Shown here: piece by piece, positions 36,442 through 45,947 of the stretch
Layout: every line of letters begins with the position of its first letter
Numbering within the stretch: the stretch's first letter is position 1
NCBI GenBank assembly: GCA_007375645.1
Contig: VMER01000001.1
Coordinates: 134,256 to 198,255, forward strand
Source of the DNA: Parcubacteria group bacterium LiPW_15
GTDB lineage: Bacteria > Patescibacteriota > Minisyncoccia > UBA6257 > 2-01-FULL-56-20
DNA length: 64,000 nucleotides
Reading direction: 5' to 3'
Made by a program: the position numbers and the translations under genes
Notes under the pieces: generated by a model
Told to the model about the DNA's origin: nothing
Seen by the model: the letters and a program-made list of their open reading frames with translations, nothing else
Databases searched by the model: none

Positions 36442-38145
36442 TTAGTATTCCATCATTCGGCTCACGTTCGAGCCCTCGCTTTTATCAACCATTAATTCCG
36501 GCGTACCCCAATAAAGAATAGAGCTTCCGCTTCTGGCTTCGGCTTCCAATTTCGTTTTCGCGTTAACTCTTCCCGAGGAACCGCTCTTTGCGACGATGCT
36601 TACGGTTTTCGCGGCAAGGTTTTCGGCATCCAAAGAAGAACCGCTTTCGATATCAAACGCGGCAAGGACAGTGGCACCTTCTATTCTCATCCAGGAGCCG
36701 CTCTTAAGAATCGCGGTAAGGCTTTTTGTTGATGCCCCCAGGTGGATCACGGCGCTCGAGCCGCTTTCCACGTTTAAATCGAGCATGCTCGCGGCAGGAA
36801 GGGTCGCTTCGATGCGTCCGCCGCCGTCCATCTTAATGGAATCGTATTTTGGCGCGGTTATTTTGAAGTAAACATTTTTACTGAAACAGAAAAGACAAAT
36901 ACGCCCGTCTTTCGCGACAAACGCACGATCGATCGTAAGAACGCCGTCTTTGGATTCAAGGGTGAAAGACTGAAGCTCTTTTTCCGTGCCCCTGGCTTCA
37001 ACCGCAAACTCTGCTCCTTCCTGAATTTCCACCGTGACGTGGCCGATAGCGTTCACCCGGCTGAAATCTTTAACATCCGCATAGCTTTTCGCAACCTCCT
37101 TGAAGTCAGGATTATTTTGCACGGCATATTGATAGGCCGGAACAATTTTTGTCGCGCAAACTCCCAAAGAAATGAGCGAGGCAAACCAGAGGCCCAAAAG
37201 AACAAGTGCCAGCCAGCCTCTTTGCATCATGCGCATTCTGGCGAATAACAAGCCCAAGATAAGGATAAAGATGACCGGAACTGCGGCGGCCACGAACGCA
37301 GAGATGAGGGTTGTGAAGAGTAAACCGCTCGAAAGCATAGTTCGGAGCGGAAAATCAATGAGAGTCGAATCCAAATTGAAGATCAGCACGGCAAAAGCAA
37401 AAGTAAGAGCAAGAAGCGCCAAAATCGCCGAAACCAGTATAGACACGCCGACTATAATAGCCACAACCTTAAAGAAAACGGGGATCACTTTTTTGAAGAT
37501 CACGCCGAAAGCGGCGGAAAGCGCTTTGGATGTTGAGCGAACGGATCTCTTCCACCAGGTTTCGTTCTTAATTTTTTCCGCGGTCTGCTTCATCGCCTTG
37601 TCGATGGATTTAAGCGTTATAGGATCGCCTTTCATTTGGAGTTTTTCCGAAGCGGTTTTTGCTTCCGGTATAAGGATCCAGAGGAGGATATAAATAGCGA
37701 TTCCGAATCCCCAAGACAAAGTGAAGAGAACGAATGCGATCCTTACGATGATGGGTTCAATGCCGAAATATGCCGCTATTCCGGAGGCCACACCTCCGGC
37801 CATCATGTCGGTCGTGTCCCGGTAGAGTTTTTTATGAGGCGCGCCGCTTTTGGACGCCTGCGATGCCGGCTCGGAGTTGTTCTCATCCGCGAATTCTTCG
37901 GGCTTGCCCATCGAAGAGATCAGGGTTTCCACGTCAGCGATGGTCACAATCCGTTCCTTCTGCCCCTTGCCTTTCAAAAAATGTTCCGCGATACGGCTTT
38001 CAATGTCGGTAATTATCTCCTCGCCGTCGGAACGGTTGGCAAAATGCGATTTTATCGAGTCCAAGTAGTCCGAAAGAACGTCGTAGGCGTCTTCCTCGAC
38101 ATAAAAAATCGTATTGCCGATCGTGATTGTTATAGTTTTTTTCAT
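36442..38145 (-). CDS. PspC domain-containing membrane protein
   Basis: PspC-type segment (GGVASGIAAYFGIEPIIVRIAFVL), several TM helices and a C-terminal beta-rich domain. Confidence 0.7.
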   Translation of the reverse strand: MKKTITITIGNTIFYVEEDAYDVLSDYLDSIKSHFANRSDGEEIITDIESRIAEHFLKGKGQKERIVTIADVETLISSMGKPEEFADENNSEPASQASKSGAPHKKLYRDTTDMMAGGVASGIAAYFGIEPIIVRIAFVLFTLSWGFGIAIYILLWILIPEAKTASEKLQMKGDPITLKSIDKAMKQTAEKIKNETWWKRSVRSTSKALSAAFGVIFKKVIPVFFKVVAIIVGVSILVSAILALLALTFAFAVLIFNLDSTLIDFPLRTMLSSGLLFTTLISAFVAAAVPVIFILILGLLFARMRMMQRGWLALVLLGLWFASLISLGVCATKIVPAYQYAVQNNPDFKEVAKSYADVKDFSRVNAIGHVTVEIQEGAEFAVEARGTEKELQSFTLESKDGVLTIDRAFVAKDGRICLFCFSKNVYFKITAPKYDSIKMDGGGRIEATLPAASMLDLNVESGSSAVIHLGASTKSLTAILKSGSWMRIEGATVLAAFDIESGSSLDAENLAAKTVSIVAKSGSSGRVNAKTKLEAEARSGSSILYWGTPELMVDKSEGSNVSRMMEY

Positions 38146-38162
38146 TGGTTTATTTTGATTTT

Positions 38163-38504
38163 TTATTTTACGAGGGAATCTATCGATCTATTGAGAGCCT
38201 TCCAGGTGACCTTGAGCTTATCCAGAAATTCCCGCCCTTTGGGAGTCAGAGAATAATATTTCCTCGGCGGCCCGGCGCTCGACTCCACCCATGCGTATTT
38301 AAGAAGACCTTCACCCTTAAGACGGCTAAGAAGCGGATACAGAGTTCCCTCAACGACTATCAAATCCGCGACTTTCAGGGCTTCCAAAATATCCGAAGCA
38401 TACATTTCCTCTTTAGAAATGACCGCGAGCGTGCAAAACTCCAATAATCCCCTGCGCATTTGGGAACGGGAGTTCTCTATATTTAGAGTTTCTTTTTCTT
38501 CCAT
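38163..38504 (-). CDS. PadR-family transcriptional regulator
   Basis: Winged-helix PadR signature (GTLYPLLSRLKGEGLL). Confidence 0.8.
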   Translation of the reverse strand: MEEKETLNIENSRSQMRRGLLEFCTLAVISKEEMYASDILEALKVADLIVVEGTLYPLLSRLKGEGLLKYAWVESSAGPPRKYYSLTPKGREFLDKLKVTWKALNRSIDSLVK

Positions 38505-38521
38505 GTTGTCAGCGTATCACT

Positions 38522-38549
38522 TACTACCTTGTTCCGCAAGGTAGTAGGC
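38522..38549. promoter_or_regulatory. Inverted repeat TACTACCTTG-n5-CAAGGTAGTA about 15 nt upstream of the PadR start (candidate operator, or terminator of the upstream gene)
   Basis: Read from the sequence. Confidence 0.3.
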
Positions 38550-38602
38550 TGTTGATAACTCTGAAGCCAAAACTGGGCCCCGTTCTAAACGTTCTTTTTC
38601 CG

Positions 38603-38833
38603 TTACTCCTCGCTAGCTTTCCAAGCAGCTAAGCCGGAAACAATGACCAAGATCAAATAAACGAAAAAGCCATAAACGCAGGCGGGGTAACCGAAAACCG
38701 TATCGGCCGGACCGATCGCCGGACAGGTTGCCAGTGCTTCCCCAAATAATTCCTGGTAGGAAAGGTAGCCAGAGAACAACAATCCAAAAAGAGCAACATA
38801 AAATATTATTCTTAGAGATGTTGTTTTAGTCAT
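38603..38833 (-). CDS. Small hypothetical membrane protein with Cys pairs
   Basis: About 76 aa from MTKTT with two TM helices. The start is uncertain; the ORF extends to 38869. Confidence 0.4.
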   Translation of the reverse strand: MTKTTSLRIIFYVALFGLLFSGYLSYQELFGEALATCPAIGPADTVFGYPACVYGFFVYLILVIVSGLAAWKASEE

Positions 38834-38987
38834 ATATAGATTATCCTCCCCTACTCTCCCCAGGAGCAAGCGGGCAAACGCACAGGCCTTAAAAACAGCA
38901 TTTTCCCGGGGCTATTGCTATTTAATCCATAAAAGAATATAATCTGGCTACTTAGTCAAGAAACCCAAAAATAACAAAAATAAACAA

Positions 38988-39509
38988 ATGGGAAATTTTA
39001 AGAGATTTAGCGGCGGCGATTCAAGGGGCGGCGACAGAAAATTCGGCGGCAGACCCGGAGGCCATGGTTTTGGCGGACCGAGACGCGATGGCGAGAGGCC
39101 GGAAATGTTCCGCGCTACCTGCGCCAAGTGTGGAAATCCGTGCGAAGTGCCTTTTAGGCCGACCGGAGAACGACCCGTTTACTGCAGCGACTGCTTCGGC
39201 GCGAGCCGCGGCGATTCTCATGGCGCGAGGCCGGAAAGGAGAGATTTTGCTCCCCGCGCTCCGCAATTCGGAGGCGGCGACGTGAAAATGGACGAGTTGA
39301 AGCGCAAGATCGAATCTTTGGAATCTAAATTAGACAAAGCTCTCGGCCTCCTTGAAGGCTTGAAGAGAAACAAGGATGAAGAGGAAGCTGTCAAGACCAG
39401 AAAGCCAATGGCCACTCCGGAGTTCTATAAAAATCTGGAAAAAATAGAATCGGATATCAAATCCAAGAAAAAGACCGAAAAGAAACCGGCTCCGAAGAAA
39501 AAGAAATAA
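38988..39509 (+). CDS. Hypothetical zinc-ribbon protein, Gly/Arg-rich N-terminus and Lys-rich C-terminus
   Basis: CxxC-x19-CxxC (CAKCGNPC...YCSDCF), a coiled-coil and a KKKTEKKPAPKKKK tail. Confidence 0.5.
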   Translation: MGNFKRFSGGDSRGGDRKFGGRPGGHGFGGPRRDGERPEMFRATCAKCGNPCEVPFRPTGERPVYCSDCFGASRGDSHGARPERRDFAPRAPQFGGGDVKMDELKRKIESLESKLDKALGLLEGLKRNKDEEEAVKTRKPMATPEFYKNLEKIESDIKSKKKTEKKPAPKKKK

Positions 39510-39520
39510 GCATTGAAAAA

Positions 39521-39539
39521 CCCCCGCTCGCGCAGGGGT
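39521..39539. terminator. Bidirectional GC hairpin terminator
   Basis: CCCCCGCTCGCGCAGGGG between convergent genes, with an A-run and a T-rich run on its flanks. Confidence 0.45.
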
Positions 39540-39564
39540 CGCTTGTTGCTGACGTGTGGCTGGG

Positions 39565-40251
39565 TCAGAATTCACGAATATCTACCCAAGAAACCCCGAA
39601 AAGCATTCCCGGATACTGAAGGTGTTTCGCCATAAGAACTTCCACCTTTTCCTCGAGCTCTTCCCTGGCGCCCGGAGAAGCGAAATCGACGGATGTCATG
39701 AACTCTCTAATCTCGTCTCCGTTCCGAATCATGAATCCGTAAAAGAGCCGCCTTACCATCGGACTCCCGAATTTGTGATTGGGGTCGTAGGCTCCTGCAC
39801 GGAACACCCGTTCGAAAACCTCTGGATCCCGGATGTATGTGAATGTGATCCAGATGGTAGCCTCCCGAATTTTCCCGTCCTTCTCCGCCAGAAAGAAAAA
39901 AGGCTCGTTAGGTCGCCGCGTTTCGGACGGTACGCGAAGAATGCAAGAATCGTCCCGGGTCGCGAAAGTTACCCAATGATATTTCCCGCCCACCTTCCTA
40001 TACAGCAGGTCGTTAGGTGGCCTGCTCTGATACTCCAACAGGAACGGGGAGATGAAGGTGACGAAAAAGAACGGAGTGAAAGCCAACGCGGAGAAGAATC
40101 GAAAGCTCCTGCCGTGCCGCTGATTCTCGCAGTACCCGACAGGATTGAGCCGCGGATCCTGGCGACGGAGATAATGGAATATGCGGTGATAAAGCATGAA
40201 GCTGACGACAGAAACGATCATCGCAGTCAGACAAGCCGTGAAGTAGGACAT
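39565..40251 (-). CDS. Hypothetical membrane-anchored protein (GC-rich cassette 5)
   Basis: 229 aa from MSYFTACL with an AGAGGGAGG Shine-Dalgarno. Two N-terminal TM helices. GC is higher than the flanks. Confidence 0.5.
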   Translation of the reverse strand: MSYFTACLTAMIVSVVSFMLYHRIFHYLRRQDPRLNPVGYCENQRHGRSFRFFSALAFTPFFFVTFISPFLLEYQSRPPNDLLYRKVGGKYHWVTFATRDDSCILRVPSETRRPNEPFFFLAEKDGKIREATIWITFTYIRDPEVFERVFRAGAYDPNHKFGSPMVRRLFYGFMIRNGDEIREFMTSVDFASPGAREELEEKVEVLMAKHLQYPGMLFGVSWVDIREF

Positions 40252-40306
40252 CTGGGCCTCCCTCTTTCTCCGAAACACTCGGGTAGGTTTTCTTTGAGCT
40301 TTGTAG

Positions 40307-40335
40307 GTTATATATCTTTTTGTGATATTCGTCAA
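40307..40335 (-). promoter_or_regulatory. Sigma70-like promoter TTGACG-17-TATAAC for cassette 5
   Basis: Read from the minus strand. Confidence 0.45.
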
Positions 40336-40419
40336 TTGAAAAAGTCTCGATGACCCGTATAAAAGTTGCGTAAAACCTCAAAATAGTGCAAGATAAAGCT
40401 CTTGTTCAGCTTTTAAACC

Positions 40420-41874
40420 ATGGCAACAAACGAGGTAATCCTTAGATTTAACGGCGTGTCCTTCGAATACGGACCGCAGAAACCGATCCTAATGGAGGCG
40501 GAATTTTCGGTGCGCCGTGGATCGAAGATAACCTTGATGGGCCAGAACGGCTCCGGAAAAAGCACCATATTTAAACTCATAACCGGGGAGATAGAGCCGG
40601 AATCCGGCGCTATCAACATCGGAAATGGCCTTACCATCGCTCTTTCAAAGCAGGTGATCCCCCGCGCCCAGATGGATTCAACCGTTAAAGAATTCTTCGA
40701 ATCCGCTTTTTCAAAAAAGGTGTACGATATCGAACCGCGTATCGCAAAGATCTTGGAAGTAGTTAATCTCGATGCGCCGCTTGATAGACCGCTCAAGACT
40801 TTTTCGGGCGGACAACAGGCGAGACTTCTTTTAGCCCAGGCCCTTATCCAAGGCTCGGATATCTTGCTCCTCGACGAGCCGACCAACAATTTAGATAAAG
40901 ACGGCATCGCCCATCTCACCAAATTTCTTAAGGAATATAAGGAGACTGTTATTGTCATTTCCCACGACGCAGAGTTTTTAAACTCCTTCACCCAGGGCGT
41001 CATCTACCTGGATATCTTTACCAAGAAGACCGAACAATACGCCGGAGACTATCTTTTTTTGGTGGAGGAAATTAAAAACCGTTTGGAGCGGGAAAGAATG
41101 AAAAACGCGCGGCTCGAAAAAGAAATAGCCCATCGCAAGGAACAAGCCAACTTCTTCTCGCAGAAAGGAGGGCATATGCGCGATGTCGCGCGGAAAATGA
41201 ACGAGAATATCGAAAAACTTGAAGGCGAGATGGTAGAAACCAGGCAGGAAGACAAGACTATCAGAAACTTCGCCATTCCCTGCCAGGAGGATCTCGAAAA
41301 CCCCGTGCTTACTTTGAAATCGGTTTCGGTCATAAAAAATCATAAAGCCACGGCAAAGAAAGTTGATATTGTTTTGAAAAAGAAAGAACACCTGCTTTTG
41401 TCGGGCCCGAACGGCATCGGCAAGACCACACTTCTCGAAGCTCTGGCCTCCGGCCACGCCAAGGGCGAACATGTTTCAAAAGACGCCCGCATCGGCTATT
41501 ACCGGCAGGACTTTTCCACTTTGAACTTCGAGGAAACGGTTTATAACACCCTAAAAGAAGTAGCCGGCAAAATGTCCGAAGAAGACCTGCGTTCGCACGC
41601 GGCCGGATTCCTTTTAACCTCGGAAATATTAAAAACAAAAATCGGCTCCCTCTCCGAAGGACAAAAAGGATTGGTTGCCTTCGCGAGGCTGGTTTTGGAA
41701 CGCCCGGGACTCTTGATACTCGACGAGCCGACAAATCATATAAACTTTCGCCATATTCCGATTATTGCCGGCGCCCTGAATCGCTTTGAAGGAGCGATGG
41801 TGCTCGTAAGCCACATTCCGGATTTTGTAGCCAAAATTAAAATAGACAAGACACTTGACATGGGACTGCTTTAG
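40420..41874 (+). CDS. ABC-F family ATPase (tandem ABC domains, no TM domain)
   Basis: Two Walker A motifs (GQNGSGKST and GPNGIGKTT) with an inter-domain linker. Confidence 0.85.
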   Translation: MATNEVILRFNGVSFEYGPQKPILMEAEFSVRRGSKITLMGQNGSGKSTIFKLITGEIEPESGAINIGNGLTIALSKQVIPRAQMDSTVKEFFESAFSKKVYDIEPRIAKILEVVNLDAPLDRPLKTFSGGQQARLLLAQALIQGSDILLLDEPTNNLDKDGIAHLTKFLKEYKETVIVISHDAEFLNSFTQGVIYLDIFTKKTEQYAGDYLFLVEEIKNRLERERMKNARLEKEIAHRKEQANFFSQKGGHMRDVARKMNENIEKLEGEMVETRQEDKTIRNFAIPCQEDLENPVLTLKSVSVIKNHKATAKKVDIVLKKKEHLLLSGPNGIGKTTLLEALASGHAKGEHVSKDARIGYYRQDFSTLNFEETVYNTLKEVAGKMSEEDLRSHAAGFLLTSEILKTKIGSLSEGQKGLVAFARLVLERPGLLILDEPTNHINFRHIPIIAGALNRFEGAMVLVSHIPDFVAKIKIDKTLDMGLL

Positions 41875-41888
41875 AAAATATACCTTTT

Positions 41889-42746
41889 GTGATATCTTGG
41901 AATCGAGATATGTCCGAACGAAACCCGAACGAAAACCCCGACGAAAATGAGGCTTTGGAAGTTGCGCTGACACCGGAAATAGCAGAAAAAATTTCCGAAA
42001 AGGCGATAGATATCAACGCCAAGGGCTATGGCTATACTGTTTTAAATGCGTTTTCAGACAACGGCGCAAGGAATCTTGAGAGTGTGCTAAGAAATGGATT
42101 GCTGGGCACTGGAGCCGATGACTATAAAGAGGCTTCGCTGCTTGGCGGTGCCGCGACAAAAGAAAGCTGGGTTGAGCATGCTCGCGAGGGAAAAGAGACG
42201 AATTTTTATTTCAACATAACCGGTAGAGGAGGTCTGACATTTCAATATCCAGGCGAAGAGTTAGACGTAAAGAATTCCGAACATTTTGGTTATAGTGGAG
42301 AAAAAACCGCTTTAATATTTGACCTGTCCGGTTTTATGGAGGAAGAGCCTTCATCCAAGCCATTTACCCCAGGAACACGCAAATTTAGAGTCGATGATCC
42401 AAAATTTAACGATCCTGAAGATTGGAAATATCTGACAAACGCATTTGATAAAGAGGGTCTTCCCAAACCGAGCACCAAATACGGATTTATTGGTTCTAGG
42501 AGGGTACCTCCTCGTCTTTTTAAGGCATTGGTTTATAAATTTAGGGAGCCGAACAAGCTTATGGAAGTAATAAGGCGGAATAAACTTCAGCAAGAAATTT
42601 TGAAGAAGATGGGCCAAGCGGTTTTGTCCTCCTTTCCGACTCCGGAGGATGGCATACCGATATATGATGAGCACGGGAATATGATTTGGCCAAAGAGTAT
42701 TCCCCGCAAAGAAATTTTGGCGCGCAGTGAGCGAAGTATAAAATAG
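41889..42746 (+). CDS. Hypothetical protein
   Basis: 285-aa ORF. The start is GTG at 41889 or ATG at 41910. Confidence 0.45.
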   Translation: MISWNRDMSERNPNENPDENEALEVALTPEIAEKISEKAIDINAKGYGYTVLNAFSDNGARNLESVLRNGLLGTGADDYKEASLLGGAATKESWVEHAREGKETNFYFNITGRGGLTFQYPGEELDVKNSEHFGYSGEKTALIFDLSGFMEEEPSSKPFTPGTRKFRVDDPKFNDPEDWKYLTNAFDKEGLPKPSTKYGFIGSRRVPPRLFKALVYKFREPNKLMEVIRRNKLQQEILKKMGQAVLSSFPTPEDGIPIYDEHGNMIWPKSIPRKEILARSERSIK

Positions 42747-42751
42747 ACGGC

Positions 42752-43270
42752 ATGCTTACCGAAGCACAAGAGAAATGGGTTAATCATCTATCCGATGAGG
42801 ACAAAATAAAAATCGTCCCTTTTGATCCAAGAAGCCAAGAAGAATTCGAGCAAGTAAAGTTGTTAATACAATCGAAATTCGGTTCATCGGTTAAGGTTGA
42901 ACATCGCGGAGCCAGCAGTCTTGGCATATCCGGTCAAAACGAAATTGATATTTATGTTCCGGTACCGGCCGACTCCTTTGAAGATTTTATTGCAAAGCTT
43001 ACTCAATTATTCGGAGAGCCGCGCAGCCACTACTCCTTAGAAAGAGCAAGGTTCGTTGTTTCCGGCGTCGGCAAAAGAATTGATGTCCACCTAATGAATG
43101 AAGAGCATCTCGGATGGTTAAACTGCGAAAGATTCGAAACCTATCTTCGAGCCCATCCAGAAGCACTAGAAGAATATCGGCTGCTTAAAGAATCCGGAGA
43201 CGGCTCAAGCACCCGTGAATATTATCGAAGAAAAATTGAATTTATTAACGAGATTTTAGAAAAAATATAA
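42752..43270 (+). CDS. GrpB-family (UPF0157) protein
   Basis: Nucleotidyltransferase-like GrpB signature (GASSLGISGQNEIDIYVPV). Confidence 0.65.
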   Translation: MLTEAQEKWVNHLSDEDKIKIVPFDPRSQEEFEQVKLLIQSKFGSSVKVEHRGASSLGISGQNEIDIYVPVPADSFEDFIAKLTQLFGEPRSHYSLERARFVVSGVGKRIDVHLMNEEHLGWLNCERFETYLRAHPEALEEYRLLKESGDGSSTREYYRRKIEFINEILEKI

Positions 43271-43279
43271 AATACATTT

Positions 43280-43774
43280 ATGATCTTTACGCGCAGAAGA
43301 GATGATAGAATTCCGGATACCGGCCCCGTGCATCTAACGGCGGAAGGCATCGCCAATCTTAAAAAACGGCTCTCAAGGCTCAAGGAATCTTTGCCGCAGC
43401 TTATCGAAGAAACCAAGCGCACTGCGGCTTATGGCGATCGTTCCGATAGCGCGGAATATAAGGAAGCGAAATCGGCTCTCCGACGCGCCAATTCCCAGAT
43501 AATCGGGACGGAAGACAGATTAAGGCGGGCAGTTTTAATAAACCCGGTTAGAAATTTGGGAATCGTTCAAATCGGCTCCACGGTTATTTTAGACATTGAT
43601 AAAATTTCAAAGACTTTCGAGATAGTCGGTTCAATCGAAACGAACCCGGGCTCGGGGAGAATATCCAATAAGTCCCCCTTAGGCGAAGCTCTCTTGGGGA
43701 AAAAGATCGGAGACACGGTCAATATAAAAACTCCCGGAGGAGAAAAGAAGTACAGAGTAACGAAGATAGACTAA
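43280..43774 (+). CDS. greA: Transcription elongation factor GreA
   Basis: Gre N-terminal coiled-coil domain plus a C-terminal FKBP-like domain. Confidence 0.85.
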   Translation: MIFTRRRDDRIPDTGPVHLTAEGIANLKKRLSRLKESLPQLIEETKRTAAYGDRSDSAEYKEAKSALRRANSQIIGTEDRLRRAVLINPVRNLGIVQIGSTVILDIDKISKTFEIVGSIETNPGSGRISNKSPLGEALLGKKIGDTVNIKTPGGEKKYRVTKID

Positions 43775-43791
43775 TTTTGTATAATTAAGTA

Positions 43792-44505
43792 ATGCAAATA
43801 ATTAAAAAGATTTCTCTACTCGTAGTTCTTCTATTCATTGCCGTCGGTATAACATTTTTCGTAAAAGGAAGAGTTTCCGAACCCGAACAGGTTTTCTGCA
43901 CCATGGAAGCCTTAATCTGCCCGGACGGCTCATATGTGGGCAGGACCGGTCCGAAGTGTGCTTTTACCGCCTGCCAGAATCAGCGTTCCTTCACGGGTAT
44001 TTTAAAGCAGGATGGCGAAGGCTTTCGACTGATAACCGCCGCGCCAAAGGAAGCGATCAACTCCGCGACCTATGCAATGCCCTTGGACATCAGAGTTAGC
44101 AACGCTCTTTCGGAGTTTATAGATAAAAATGTTGAAGTTCGAGGAACGTTTGTGGAAGGAAATCGGTTGAAGGTTGAGTCTCTCAAAGCCGCGGTTCCCG
44201 ACAATGTTATCGGGGTCGGCGAAACAAAATATGTCGGCGGAATAAAAATTACTTTAAATAAAATAGTGTCCGACAGCCGTTGTCCCATAGACGTTCAATG
44301 CATCCAAGCCGGATGGGTGACGGCGAACGTGACACTTCTTAGCGACACCGATAAGGAAACCGTAGACATGTCTTCCAATAAACCCCCGAAGGCATTCGAT
44401 TCTTTCCAGGTCTCCATAATTGAAGTAAGGCCGATGAGAATTTCTACAGTGATGACGACCCCGGATTCCTACAAAGTAGTTTTCAAGGTAGAACCACTCC
44501 GCTAA
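43792..44505 (+). CDS. Hypothetical membrane-anchored/secreted protein
   Basis: N-terminal TM helix and a Cys-rich segment. Confidence 0.45.
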   Translation: MQIIKKISLLVVLLFIAVGITFFVKGRVSEPEQVFCTMEALICPDGSYVGRTGPKCAFTACQNQRSFTGILKQDGEGFRLITAAPKEAINSATYAMPLDIRVSNALSEFIDKNVEVRGTFVEGNRLKVESLKAAVPDNVIGVGETKYVGGIKITLNKIVSDSRCPIDVQCIQAGWVTANVTLLSDTDKETVDMSSNKPPKAFDSFQVSIIEVRPMRISTVMTTPDSYKVVFKVEPLR

Positions 44506-44517
44506 AGACTCCAAAAA

Positions 44518-44543
44518 ATCCCCGCTTTCGGGGATTTTTTTGT
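44518..44543. terminator. Bidirectional rho-independent terminator
   Basis: ATCCCCG-CTTTC-GGGGAT with an A6 run before and a T7 run after. Confidence 0.65.
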
Positions 44544-44554
44544 GGCATATATTT

Positions 44555-45835
44555 TTATCGATAAGGCCTTCTTCCGCCCGGTCTAGCGCTTCTGCCGAAA
44601 CCGGAAGTTCTTCGCGCCGGGGCTCCCCTTCTCGTGGGTCCATGAGACCCAAAGGATCGAGATGGCCCGCGTACCGGTCTGAACTCTCTTTCTTCCCGAG
44701 GGATAGGAGTTGTGGAACCGGAAAGTATCGGCAATTTGGAAACCGGAAGGGCGGAGCGGATGAGCCGTTCTATCGCATAAACATCGTTGCGTTCGTTTGG
44801 TCTCGCAAAAGATATCGCGTGTCCGCTAAGTCCCGCGCGCCCGGTGCGGCCGATACGATGGACATAATCTTCCGCGTTATCCGGCAGATCGTAGTTAATA
44901 ACCAATTCGATGTGATTGACGTCTATGCCGCGAGCGGCTATATCCGTGGCGACAAGAATGCGATATTTCCCGTTTTTAAATCCTTCAAGAGATTCTTTTC
45001 GCTGCGCCAAAGACCTGTTGGAATGGATTTCGGCGGCAGTGTGACCCATGGCCCGCACATGCGCGGCAATTCGCTTCGCGCCATATTTTAATCTTGAAAA
45101 TATAAGAACCGAGCCGCGATATTCTCCCAAAAGCTTTTCCAAAAGCCAGGGCTTGGTCTCCTGGGAGACGAAAAATAATTCCTGAGAAACATTGTTCGCG
45201 GCAGTGCCGGATTTCGCGATTTCAACTCTGACGGGAAGTTTTAAATAAGCTTTGGCCAAGCTCACTATCTCCTCGGGCATAGTCGCGGAAAAGAAAAGAG
45301 TCTGACGGTCCTCCGGAACTTCGGCTTTGATGCGCCTCAATTGCGGAGCAAAACCCATATCCAACATTCTATCCGCCTCATCCAAAACCAAAATTTTTGT
45401 TTTTAAAAAACTGACACTTTTCTGTTCCATATGATCGATAATTCTCCCCGGAGTGCCGATAATTATCTGCGGCCGGCGGGAAAGTTGCCTGAACTGTTTG
45501 CTGATAGGTTCACCGCCGATAAGAGTCGCGGTGTGGATTCCGAGCGGCAAACAAACTGTTTCCAGCGATTCCGCCACCTGTATCGCCAGTTCTCGCGTGG
45601 GGACGATAACCAGGGCCGGTCCTCCGCCTTGCATAATCCGCTGGGCGACAGGAATGCCGAAAGCCAAAGTTTTACCGGTGCCGGTCTGGGCAATACCCAT
45701 CACATCTTTGCCCTCCACAGCAATAGGAATAGCCTGCTCTTGTATGGGAGTAGGTTTCTTAAAACCGATCTTAGCGATTATATCCAATATCCCCGGGGCG
45801 ATGCCCAGGCCGTAAAAACCTTTATCTTCGTTCAT
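44555..45835 (-). CDS. DEAD-box ATP-dependent RNA helicase
   Basis: Q motif, GTGKT, DEAD and SAT motifs, and an Arg/Gly-rich C-terminal tail. Confidence 0.9.
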   Translation of the reverse strand: MNEDKGFYGLGIAPGILDIIAKIGFKKPTPIQEQAIPIAVEGKDVMGIAQTGTGKTLAFGIPVAQRIMQGGGPALVIVPTRELAIQVAESLETVCLPLGIHTATLIGGEPISKQFRQLSRRPQIIIGTPGRIIDHMEQKSVSFLKTKILVLDEADRMLDMGFAPQLRRIKAEVPEDRQTLFFSATMPEEIVSLAKAYLKLPVRVEIAKSGTAANNVSQELFFVSQETKPWLLEKLLGEYRGSVLIFSRLKYGAKRIAAHVRAMGHTAAEIHSNRSLAQRKESLEGFKNGKYRILVATDIAARGIDVNHIELVINYDLPDNAEDYVHRIGRTGRAGLSGHAISFARPNERNDVYAIERLIRSALPVSKLPILSGSTTPIPREEREFRPVRGPSRSFGSHGPTRRGAPARRTSGFGRSARPGGRRPYR

Positions 45836-45947
45836 ATGCGAGCATTATAACAGGTATTTGCCAAAATAGATAGGATGTGATGAAAATCATGAGTTTCCGG
45901 AAACATATCGAATTTTCCGAAAAGAGATAAAATGCTATATTTCGGTT

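Noticed and set aside
39556-40353. Long plus-strand ORF (265 aa) antiparallel to the cassette 5 gene. Similar antisense ORFs occur at 37636-38256, 44540-45091, 27548-28141, 14381-14857 and 57690-58411.
   Set aside because: These are shadow ORFs produced by elevated GC, which depletes stop codons, on the strand opposite a better-supported gene. They have no Shine-Dalgarno or promoter and no recognisable domains.
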